A DNA stretch of 64,000 nucleotides from Macrostomum lignano (taxonomy: Eukaryota). The DNA lies in NCBI GenBank assembly GCA_002269645.1, contig NIVC01002990.1:62001-126000 (forward strand), given 5' to 3'. A program made the position numbers and the translations under genes. Positions 11,352-22,895 of this stretch are shown one piece after another; positions within the stretch are counted from its first letter, which is position 1, and each line of letters opens with the position of its first letter. The notes under the pieces were generated by a model. It saw nothing but the letters and a program-made list of their open reading frames with translations. It was not told the origin of the DNA and searched no databases.

Positions 11352-14300
11352 ATGTGCCAGGCGGAGAGCGCCAGCTACCAGAGGATGCTGGACAAGAACC
11401 AGCAGCAGAATCAACAGCCGCAGCAACAGCGCAGCTTCGACTCGGATAGCGCGTCAGCTGCCTTAACAGTCGGCGAGGATTCCGACTGCACAACCTCAAT
11501 GGAAGAAGAGTTCACGGTGGTTGACGAGCTGGACACCTGCTCAACGACAGGTGAGTTGCTCTTTTCGTTTCTCTATATTCATTTCTCATCTTGGCGAGAA
11601 TCGCAATCGAGAATCTCGGTATGCTCCCCATCAAGAAAGCATTCCGCATTTACTGAGGCATCCCGCGGAGGGAGGCGGTGCCTGCGTTCGACACGACTGA
11701 GCGCCGCTGCGCGCTGCGTGACTTCGCTGAATTCGCTTTTACGACAATTCAAGCGCGCGCCCACTGGACCGCATCGGAGGGCAATCTCATTTTTTCTCCC
11801 TCCTGGCTTGCCGTCTTGACTGGCCCGATGGAGCCCCCAGAAGTCGCTGTCAGTTGTTGTCTTTAAAGAAAATTTGCACAAGTTTCAGCCGGAGTTGAGG
11901 AAGAAATCGATCAACACAAGCAGAAACTGTTGCAGACATTGTTTGAGAGGAAAAAAAGGCGAATTGCTTCAACAAGGATTTGCTTGAGTCGACACATAGA
12001 GAGATCAGGGACACATTTATGACGGTGTTGCAAGAAGAAGAGTTGAACGCAAGCGCCCGATGGAAAAAACTTTTTTAGTTGAAACACGGCGCCCACAGTT
12101 GAAATTTTCAAGTGGATGCCCCCCCGTTGCGGAAAAGCTCCAGTCATTGTTGCAGGCAGGTAGAAGCAGGTATCGTTTGAGTAGCGTGGCGGAGGCCCCA
12201 AATCCTCCGTGGACTTATGAATTATTAAATGACCTGATGGATCTGCGCGCATGAGGGCTCAAAAGCGTGGATGGGGGGGGGGTGGCGCCAACCCCCTCAG
12301 ATGCCAATGCGGGACAACTGCTGCTGAACCGGAACGGGGTGGGAAAATTAATAGACAATCAAATATGAAATATAAATTGCCCAGCCTAGCAAATGGGAAT
12401 TGGGGAGGGGAGACATTGATAGGGAGGCCAAGTTTATTTTTTTAACTGTCAAAATTTTGAGGCTGGAAAAATGATCTCAAAACGCTTAGATATTAGGCAT
12501 TAAATATTCAAAACTACACAGGCCGCCCACTTGTAGGCGGATGGGTCCCGTTTTTACAACAGGCATGCAAATTTATTTATTCAAAATTAGAAGAGTAAAG
12601 TTGCGCGTCACAACGGGCCGGCTCTCGTAAGGAGACCAGCTTTTTAAAGTAGATTTTGTACTTTAATTGAATGCCGCCATGTTTGCAGCTATAAATATAA
12701 ATATAAGAGACGGAGATATAAATAATAGAGAGACGGAGAGTAGATTAGAGAGACGCAGAATAGATTAGAGAGACGCAGAATAGATTAGAGAGACCGAGAG
12801 TAGATTAGAGAGACACAGTAGATTAGAGAGATTCAGAGTAGATTAGAGAGATTCAGAGTAGATTAGAGAGATTCAGAGTAGATTAGTGAGATGGAGAGTA
12901 GATTAGAGAGACCGAGAGTAGATTAGAGAGATTCAGAGTAGATTAGAGAGATGGAGAGTAGATTAGAGAGACCGAGAGTAGATTAGAGAGACCGAGAGTA
13001 GATGAGAGAGACGGATAGTAGATTAAAGAGACCGAGAGTAGATTAGAGAGATGGAGAGTAGATTAGAGAGACTCAGAGTAGATTAAAGAGACCGAGAGTA
13101 GATGAGACAGACTCAGAGTAGATTAAAGAGACCGAGAGTAGATGAGAGAGACCGAGAGTAGATTAAAGAGACCGAGAGTAGATGAGAGAGACGGAGAGTA
13201 GATTAGAGAGACCGAGAGTAGATTAAAGAGACCGAGAGTAGATTAGAGAGACGGAGAGTAGATTAGAGAGACCGAGAGTAGATTAGAAAGATGGAGAGTA
13301 GATTAGAGAGACGCAGAGTAGATTAGAGAGACTCAGAGTAGATTAGAGAGACGCAGAGTAGATTAGAGAGACGCAGAGTAGATTAGAGAGACGCAGAGTA
13401 GATTAGAGAGACGCAGAGTAGATTAGAGAGACCGAGAGTAGATTAGAGAGACGGAGAGTAGATTAAAGAGACCGAGAGTAGATGAGAGAGACGGAGAGTA
13501 GATGAAGACAAGAGATCAGTGAGACGCAGCGCAGATGCGAGTGGGAAAGCACGAGTAGCACTGAGACACTATGCATGCATAGAATACGAACTGAAGCACA
13601 AACAGGCACAGGAAAGCAATATATATTCTTGAACAAAATGGTCAAACCAAGCATTTCGCGAAATGGTATTCTGGCAGATTTTGACTTGGATCCATCTGTG
13701 TGTGGCTGGCCTGGCCTACTGAATAGCTAGGAATATCTCAGCGAATTATCTTATACAAAATTTTTATGCTCATATCGGAAGCACCCGCGTTGGTTTACGA
13801 TTAAAACGGTGCTTCCTCAATGCTCAGTTTTGTCTAGAATTTCCCACCCAGTCAAGCCGATACGAAGGTAGGCAGAGCGGAAGCATTATCCCATTATTTT
13901 GTTTTCCACCCCAGCCCCCACCCGTATCGCCATTTCCGGTCAGATGGCTGAGTAGGGGTTTGAGAGAAAGAGAGGCAGCGGAAGTAGGTAGGGGTGAAGA
14001 CAGCGGCCTAACACGATAAATAAATAACTCCCTCTTAATTCCTGCTTAATTCCCTCCCGCTCGAACCCCCTCTCCGGTTACTTGCAGCGCCAGCGGTGGA
14101 CGGGCAGCATCAGCCGGGAGAAGCGGACGAGGAGACATCCGCCGCAGTAGCGGAAGCGGCGTCAGAGACATCAGGCAAGTCGCCGCCGCGGCAAGCCATG
14201 GAGTCCTCGGCCGCCGCGCCATCGAGTTCCCAGCAGGCGGCCGGCGGCGGCAGGCGGAACAGCAGGAAGAAGCAGCACCCGACGAAGAATCAACAGGCGA

Positions 14301-17300
14301 CGGCGCCGTCAGCCGAGGCGGTGCTGCGCCAGTCGCTGCCGCACCACAACTGGTTCGAGCAGAAGCTGCAGAGCACCGGAGAGTCGCCGTCAGAAAACCG
14401 TCAGTTCCGCGTCTGCTATTCGACCTCGCCGGACGGCGACCGGCGCCAAGTGCCGACCCTGCGAATTGTTGACGTCAGGCGGCTGGCCGAAGCTGCCAGG
14501 GAGGTCGGCAAGGAAGGCGACAGCTGCGACGCTGCAGAGGCGGAGGCTTGCGATGGAGACGCGGACGCGGATGAGGAAGAGGAGGAGGAGGACGGCGCGG
14601 AGGAGCAGGGCTTCATCCTGGGCGACAGTCCGTATTCGCCGAAAGCTGACAGGTGAATTACTAATACCTACTTACTAATTCACAACTTGAAACTGGGACT
14701 TTTCTTTGAAGATTTTCATCTATTAATCTGGGTAAGTAATGGTTCTAATTACCTCTAGCACCTTGTTCTCCCCCACATCGCGGATACTTCAGCAAGCCCG
14801 ACAGACAGTCGCAGCAGGCGGTCCCGACAGCTCAGGCTCCGACGCCGCCGACACCGCCGCCGCCGCCGCCGCCCGACGAAGCCGCGCCGGAGGAGAAGCG
14901 CCGGATTCGAAGCGGCCAGGACGCCGATGCCTACGAGAAGGCCCTGCCGTTGAAAAAGCGACGCCTCGTGCAGGACAGCGATAGCAAGGATCCGTCCACT
15001 CGGTCTCGTGAGTGCAGTAGGCTCGATTCGCTAATATTAGGTAACTGAGTAACTATTTATTTAGGCTGGGTTCGTCATCGTTAGTTTCCGGTCCGGTTCC
15101 GGGTTTTCTTCCTAACTGAGGAGCCACACGAAGAGTTCATGACATCAATTTTTGATTAATTCTCGCAAAAACAGACGTCATCCAGATAAACCGGAACCGG
15201 ATAAACGGAACCGGATAAACCATAACCGGATACAAACCGGAACCGGATAAACCGGAACCGGATAAACCGGAACCGGATAAACCGGAACCGGATAAACCGG
15301 AACCGGATAAACCGGAACCGGATAAACCGGAACCGGATAAACTGGAACCGGATAAACCGGAACCGGATGAATCGGAGCTGGATAAACCGGAACCGGATGA
15401 ATCGGAGCCGGATAAACCGGAACCGGATAAACTGGAACCGGATAAACCGGAACCAGACAAACCGGAACCGGATAAACCGGAACCGGATAAACCGGAACCG
15501 GATAAACCGGAACCGGATAAACCGGAACCGGATAAACCGGAACCGGATAAACCGGAACCGGATGAATCGGAGCCGGATAAACCGGAACCGGATAAACCGG
15601 AACCGGATGAATCGGAGCCGGATAAACCGGAACCGGATAAACCGGAACCGGATGAACCGGAACCGGATAAACCGGAACCGGATAAACCGGAACCGGATAA
15701 ACCGGAACCGGATAAACTGGAACCGGATAAACCGGAACCGGATGAATCGGAGCTGGATAAACCGGAACCGGATGAATCGGAGCTGGATAAACCGGAACCG
15801 GATAAACCGGAACCGGATGAACCGGAACCAGATAAACCGGAACCGGATTTTCAGACAGTGGCACTAGCATTCCAGACTTACGCTCGTGGACGGCCTCTCT
15901 TACTCTCCGAGCGCACACAGATACTGTGGGGTACTGAAAACGCACTCAGTTAGCCAAAGCCAAGCAAGAACAACAGGCAGCCACCCCGTTGTGTTCCGCT
16001 TACCCCAGGGATCGATTCTATTGAAGCGAATGCGAATAATAAGTATTAGCTTCGATAGCCACTCAACGGAGAGAGTGCACATCGAACTGGGAGGCTATAA
16101 GCCCAGGACCAAAGATATCGGGATAAATCGATTTTTCCTAGGATCGCCCAAACTCGTTTCGCCGATCGATAATAAGCAATATAAGCGGCAGCGCTGATCC
16201 AGTCTGATATGCAGTTTACACAACAACTGCAAACAGGGACGGGGGCGCGCACAGCTGTCCAGCGAATGAATACTCACCCATTGTTGGGAGAACGGCTATT
16301 GTTGACTGGCATAAAAAACTACTCGGCTCTCCCAGCGGTTCGAAGAAAAGAACCATTGATCCTCTTGACTTCTCCTTAGTCAGTAGGGACTGAAAAATGC
16401 AAGAATCCAACAGGCCTTTAAACATAAGTTTCAAAGACAAATTGCAATGTGCCCGGGGATTATTTCCTCACCTAGTTTTATCCCTGCACTCGCGCCTTTT
16501 TAGCGGGAAAGGATTGCAATAAGAAAAAATTCTCCCCCAAAGGAGCGGCTTTTCTATATGACATTCAAAATAAATTTTCCCGGGAAAGGAACTTAACTGG
16601 ACTCATTAAAATGACTGAAATTTTCCGTGCTAGATAGGATTGGATGAAGCTGGGCGGAGGATCAAATCTAATGGCGTTGACCTTCTGTTCTCCTCAACCC
16701 GCCCCTCCCTGCCCAGCGTCACCGCAGCCCCTCCCGCTGATCAACCCCGCAGCGCCTCTGTCGCTGAGACGCAAGGAGGCGCCGGTGCTGGCCGTGCCGC
16801 CGGTTTGCCGCGACGGCGAGGACGAGGAAAATCCCGAGACTGCGGGGCAGCCGGGGACGCCGGTGCCCGCCTTGGAGGGCGCCACGTCCAGAGCTGACCG
16901 GTCGGCCTCTGCTGTTGTCGAAGCCGCCGGCTTCAAAGACAACTCAGCCAGGCAAATCGTCGCCGGCGATTCGGCGTGCGGTTCGGCCGCCGTCGACGCC
17001 GCCGGGTCCCAGCAGCTGCAGACAGCACAGCCGACCCGGCCGTCAATAAAGACTCCATCGCCGCCAACCCTGACGGTGCAGTCTGATGTCGGAAAGTCGG
17101 TGACCAAAACACTCTCGGCTGTTATCGCTGAAGCTGCCGAAGCGAGCCTGGGCGGCAGCGGCGGCAGCGGCGAAGGCGACGGCGGCGGTCCTCCGCAGCT
17201 GCAAAAGACAACTCAGGAAAAGCCAAAGCGGCCACAGAAGAGGCAGCAAAAGCAGCAAAAACGGCAACAGCTGCAACAACAAAGCAGCTTAACGCCCGAG

Positions 17301-18890
17301 GAACAACTGGCAACGCGTCAACAGAAAAGAAAGTACAACAAGCGCAAAGCAGCGGTCGCTGATTCTCCATCTGTCGACGGCGAAACTTTCGCGAGTAGCA
17401 CAGCTGCCTATCTGCAGCAGGTGCAGCAGCATCTGCAGCATCATCAACAGAAGCAGAAACAGCAGCAGCCGCAGCAGCCGCAGTCGCAGCAGCAACTTCC
17501 GCCTTACTGCTATCCACATCCGCAACAACAGCAGCAGCAGCGGCATCCTCAGCCTCAGCGGCAGCCGCTATCCATTGATTTAACCGAAGAGGAGAGAATG
17601 ATGCAGCGCTGCGGAGTTCAGCATCCGATGTATCCCACCGGCGGCGTGCAGAATCAGCGCTTCAACTGCAGCACTGCGGTTTCGCCTAGCGGCTATCCGG
17701 CCCGAGAACCAGCCAGGTCCTTCCTGAGCCACACCGGACCGCCGGGGTTCGCTAAGCAGCATCAGCAGCAGGCTCACCCGTACGGCCAGCAGCAGAGCTA
17801 TCAACATTCCTATTCGCACCTGCAGCGACAGCAGCCGCCGCCGCCACAGCCGCAGCGCCACATTCCAAGACAACAGTCGCAGTCGCCGGGTTCGCAGATT
17901 CCAGGCAACTTTGATTGGACAGGCACGCAGCAACTGACGCAAGGACCGACTACGTCAAAGCAGCCTCGGCGAGGCCCACCACCGCCGCCGCCGACCCCGC
18001 TGCCGCCGCCATCGCCGTTCCTGCCAGCGCATCCCATGACATCGCAGGCGGCTGCTGCGGCTGCGGCTGCGGTAGCTGCAGCAGCAGCGGCGGCTGGTCC
18101 TACTGCACCCAGTCTGCCGCCTCCGCCACAAGCACAAATGTCTTCTCACGGCTATCCCTGGTCGCCACCGCCTCCTTACATGAACCAGCGCAATCGCCAG
18201 TCATCTGCTGCGGCGGCGGCGGCAGCATCCAGTGGATCATTCCGCGGCGTGCCCTACGCAAACTACGGCGATGACCAGTCGAGCTGCTATTCGAGCCGCT
18301 ACCACCAGATGCTGGACTATTCGCCCGTGGTCAAACCGCCCGGTCAGTCGCCAATGCCCGGACAAGGCTATGGCCGCTATATGCAGCCCCAATTGCCAGG
18401 CAGACATAACCAGCTGCAGCAGCACATGCGGCAGCAGCAGCAGGGTCAGCTCCAGGCTGCGCCACACTTGCCTCCCTCGTGGCTTGGACAGCAGCAGCAC
18501 CAGCAGCAGCTGGAGCAGGCTCATGCAACTGAAGCTGCCGATCGGCTGGCCCGCAAAGTGTCCGGCGGTGACCAACCGGGCGGCAATCTGGTGTACCCGA
18601 TGCCGCTGCGGGCCGGACAGAGAGCCTACCCGACGCCGCCGCCCCAGCTGTCCACAACGCCGAAGCCGAAAACGCCGAAGGCTTTGAAGCAGAAACAGCA
18701 GCAGCAGCAGCAACAACAACAAAATTTTCACGGACAACAGCGGGGCGAGCACTTGATGCAGTATCATCATCAGCAGCAGCCTCAGCAGCACATTCCAGTG
18801 CCACAACGTGAAAACGCAGCCTCAGACATGATGCTGTACCAGCACGCAATGTATCCGCCCACCGATCTGATAAGCCACCAGTTCGGCTAA
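11352..18890 (+). CDS. Multi-exon orphan gene for a Gln/Pro/Ala-rich, probably nuclear and disordered protein (~1100 aa); exons 11352-11550, 14088-14652, 14793-15007, (uncertain exon from ~15855), 16638-18890
   Basis: The first three exons join in frame across GT-AG junctions (phases 1 and 2). Exon 3 encodes PTPPTPPPPPPP and KALPLKKRRL. The 748-aa terminal ORF is Q/P-rich with KRKYNKRK. AATAAA at 19103. The link between exon 3 (phase 1) and the last exon (phase 0) needs an unresolved exon. No folded domain recognised. Confidence 0.6.
12727..13503. repeat. 20-bp minisatellite (GAGTAGATTAGAGAGACCGA), ~39 units, intronic
   Basis: Direct tandem array. Confidence 0.95.
15182..15847. repeat. 15-bp minisatellite (CCGGAACCGGATAAA), ~44 units, ending just before a TTTTCAG acceptor
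   Basis: Direct tandem array. It explains the spurious NRNRI, PVYPV and SGSGL ORFs. Confidence 0.96.
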
Positions 18891-19729
18891 TTCAACTCCA
18901 ATATCACGGGGCACATGAAAGTTGAAAGACCATTTTAGTCAGGCTTTTTTAAAGCTTTTTTTGCTTTATGAAATTATTGTTGCTTCCGAGTAGTTTGTGC
19001 GTGGCAAACTGATGTTTTGTGTGTTTTCTGTACAACTGTCCCTTCGCCCCCTGCAGAACATATCCATTCTTGGAAACGACAGACTGTTGCTAAATTTTAT
19101 TCAATAAATTGGACCCACCATGCCATTGATATCCGAAATTTCACTTTTTGTCCATAAACTGTTTGCTTTTTAAGGCCTCCTTTGGGTTCTGAACAATCTG
19201 AATTGAACTCCGCTTAAGAAATCCTTGTACTGAATAACACATTTTCAGGATTCCGCCTCCCTCTTTCTTGCAAATTGTATCATTTATCAATGTTGCTTGT
19301 ATCATCCAAGCCCATGCCTTTTCTTCTTTTGTTTGTCTGAGAGGACGCGTTTCACCCCCATTATCCTGCAATTCTATTGTCTAGCGCTGTTCCATGTATG
19401 CAGCTAAGCCAATTTGTCACAAATCCCAAGTTTTGTGAAGTCGTGAAAATACAACGCAGAATTCTCTTTTAGCATTATCGCAGCGGAAAGTAGCATAATT
19501 ACTGTTGTTGTTCTACCAGGCGAAGCGGACCAAACTGCCTTGGAGCAACTGCTTCGGAATTGGTGAATCAGGAATGGCGTACTGTAGCTTAACCTGACAA
19601 AAGAATGAGAGACAATTGTTTTTTTGGGCTTTTAGTTGGAGAAAAAACAGCAGACCATGAAGAATCTTGCATTCCTGCAGTTTCATATCTCTAGCTATAG
19701 ATCTACATGTGGGCAAGCTGTGCCCCGGT

Positions 19730-20396
19730 AGCTACTTGTAACTCTACTCTCTAGTTACTCGTAACTCTACCAGCTACTCGTTAACTCTACCAGCTACTCG
19801 TAACTCTACCAGCTACTCGTTAACTCTACCAGATACTCGTAACTCTACCAGCTACTCGTTAACTCTACCAGCTACTCGTAAATCTACCAGCTACTCGTTA
19901 ACTCTACCAGCTACTCGTACATGTAACTCTACCAGTTACTCGTAACTCTACCAGTTACTCGTTTACTCTACCAGCTACTCGTTAACTCTACCAGCTACTC
20001 GTACATGTAACTCTACCAGCTACTCGTTTACTCTACCAGCTACTCGTTTACTCTACCAGCTACTCGTAACTCTACCAGCTACTCGTTAACTCTACCAGCT
20101 ACTCGTAACTCTACCAGCTACTCGTTAACTCTACCAGCTACTCGTAACTCTACCAGCTACTCGTTAACTCTACCAGCTACTCGTTAACTCTACCAGCTAC
20201 TCGTTAACTCTACCAGCTACTCGTTGACTCTACCAGCTACATGTACTCGTTAACTCTACCAGCTACTCGTAAATCTACCAGCTACTCGTTAACTCTACCA
20301 GCTACTCGTTTACTCTACCAGCTACTCGTAACTCTACCAGCTACTCGTAACTCTACCAGCTACTCGTTAACTCTACCAGCTACTCGTAACTCTACA
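19730..20396. repeat. 20/21-bp minisatellite (AACTCTACCAGCTACTCGT[T]), ~32 units
   Basis: Direct tandem array. Confidence 0.95.
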
Positions 20397-20434
20397 AGTG
20401 TACAATGGGTTGTTATTGTACATCCAGTAATGCA

Positions 20435-20442
20435 ATAGATAG

Positions 20443-20519
<77 letters not shown>
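20435..20519. repeat. (GATA)n followed by (GA)n microsatellite; second (GA)n at ~20743-20776
   Basis: Direct. Confidence 0.95.
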
Positions 20520-20521
<2 letters not shown>

Positions 20522-20739
20522 AGTGGATGCTCGTGTAAATTGGTTTCAATCAACGCCAAGACCCTCTCTGCTTCGATTTGAGAACTTAAAAAACATTCAA
20601 CACAAAAGATACTTGACTTTATGTTTGTAGAATATCAAAAATCCTGAGAAGCATACAGAATTTGCATGCAGGAAAACAACAGCCCACTCGGCTGCTGTCA
20701 AAGTGCGTCATAAAAATGCAATTATAAAAACGCTGAAAA

Positions 20740-20778
<39 letters not shown>

Positions 20779-21850
20779 GGGAGAGCCAGACAAAGTGATG
20801 CAGACACGGCAACTGACTCAAAAAGGCAAATAAAATTTAGGAAAAAATATTTCTATGAGCGAGAGCACTCATGCATCCAGAATCCGATGATGCGTGGCTT
20901 AAGCCTTTGTTTCTCGTTCAAGTTGGTAGGATTAAGTAATCTATTCATTCTGCTTTTTTTGCTTCTGCAAGCGGTCGAAAAATAATTTAAATATAAATGG
21001 AATCCCCCGATAGATGTGCCCTGCTGGCATTCTCGAGTAAGTCACGGGCTGTTGAGTGCATAGTCTCTAGCATTTTCACACTTGAGCGAATCTCAATAGC
21101 CATTGAGCCCAGGTCTGAAAGCAGGCTTCAGTCAGATGTTTATTGTAGTCGCATATGGCTCTGCTATTAAATTGAAAATTCAGTATGCAATAATTGGCAA
21201 GTGAAATAATTCATTTGCCATTTGCTTTGTCAAGCCGTTCATCAAGGATCTGTTCGGTTCAATCTTATAAATTCAAGATCCTCTACAGTGCCTACTGCAG
21301 TTGTTACTGCAAATTATTGCTTTTGTTGAGTGCAAAAACAAATAAATTCGGAATGTGAAATGTAAACACAAATTTTAAAAAACAGAATTTTGTTTAAATA
21401 AAATGCCGCACTCAAATACTACGGTAAATAGTTGGCCTCAACAATTTCATGCCAAGAATGCCAGTGGGGATTCGACAGGCAGAGAAATGAGTTGCCAAAA
21501 TCTGACCCACTTTAGACAAATTAATTAATTAAATTACCCAGATTGCATTCCCAGTGAATTGATGCCATATTAAATTTGGCGAAATAAATTGCTCAGCTCG
21601 GCTGTAATGTCAACTATTGTACTCAATAAAAGCACGAGATAGCAATAGATGGACGCAAGGGTGCATGATACGCGGTACGGGTCCCTGCTGTGGTACGCTC
21701 TGGGTGTGCATTTCCCCCAAGGTGCTGTCATCCAGAGACCTGATGAGGCGGGCTCGCGTTCCTTCAGGCCCTCAATAGAACTGCTGTTTCACAAAAGGAA
21801 GATCATTTAAATCAGATTATAAGTACGAGTAATGCAACCAAACCATGCAT

Positions 21851-22032
21851 GGGGGGCGAAGCCCAGTGGTCAAGCACGGCGCTCTGATGTGCCAGCGGCC
21901 CAGGCTCGATTCCTAGTGCAGTCAATATTAATTTGGGGGGTAATTTGGTATCTCGGCTCGCGCAAATTGACGCCTTTAAGGGCCAACCGCCATAGGCGCA
22001 GTGAAGTGTACATGCCTAACGATAAATAAAGT
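21851..22032 (+). mobile_element. Candidate tRNA-derived SINE (tRNA-Glu-like head, body, A-rich end)
   Basis: AGTGGTCAAGCACGGCGCTCTGATGTGCCAGCGGCCCAGGCTCGATTCCTAGT resembles eukaryotic tRNA-Glu (AGTGGTTAGGATTCGGCGCTCTCACCGCCGCGGCCCGGGTTCGATTCCCGGT) but cannot fold a canonical cloverleaf. The 3' body (21979-22032) matches 3866-3920. Confidence 0.5.
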
Positions 22033-22895
22033 TAGGGCCGCTGTACACTCCTGTGTGAGTGTGTGCCTGTGCGTATGACTGCGTACGCATCCGCGCGCTT
22101 GTGTGCCTGCTCAGGGGAGTCGGCGGAATGGGCAGCAATGCCTCTCGCCGGTTGTGTGACAATGTCGCTTGAAGTGCGCCAGGGTGCACACAGCCCCCGG
22201 CCTCTAATAAAGATCCAAACCATGCTTGTAAAACTCAACAGATGACTGATTGGCTCAGGCAATTAGCAATATAAAAACACGATATTGGCGACAAGAGTGG
22301 CATTTCCAGACCAGAAAAGTAGATGATGGGCCCAGGCAATTAGCAAGACAACAATAATAACACAAGGGCGGCATCAATCCAGACTGCCAGGAGGTCGATG
22401 TCACCTGGCAATGGACTGCCTAGCCATGCCAGCGGCAGCAAAAATCAAAGAAGCCAACATTTTGGGATCGGCGGTGCGTATCCGGATGCGCAACAACCGG
22501 CAAAAGCCGCTACATCTTTGAGCAGCGTCCCTTTTCGCAGCAGCTAGCTAGCAAGTTGTCTACTATGCAAAAGGACGGCAGCAATGTAGCAGGAGGATTG
22601 TTTTCAGCTTCTTCTAGTTTCCATTTTAGGCTGATTATTCGGATACTTCGACTCTTGAAGATCGTGCAACGGCATGCCTGTTGGCAGACCATCTGCTTTG
22701 TTTTGTATCAATATTCATGCAAAAATAATTGAAGGCTATAAAACAGACGAACATGTTAGTATTTCCCTTATTCAGCAAACAGATGGCCATCAGAATGCAT
22801 AAAAAGCAGCCATTGATTTTTTTCTTGTATTATTTCGCATACATTTATAATTATAGCCGTATAATTTATTAGCAAATGCCAAGCCGCTCAAGAAG

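Noticed and set aside
15137-15945. PVYPV, NRNRI and SGSGL repeat ORFs
   Set aside because: They are three frames of the stop-poor 15-bp array inside an intron.
16694-18849. Many overlapping antisense ORFs over the large exon (also over the LINE, Gypsy and ABCA)
   Set aside because: Expected shadows of GC-rich or low-complexity coding sequence.
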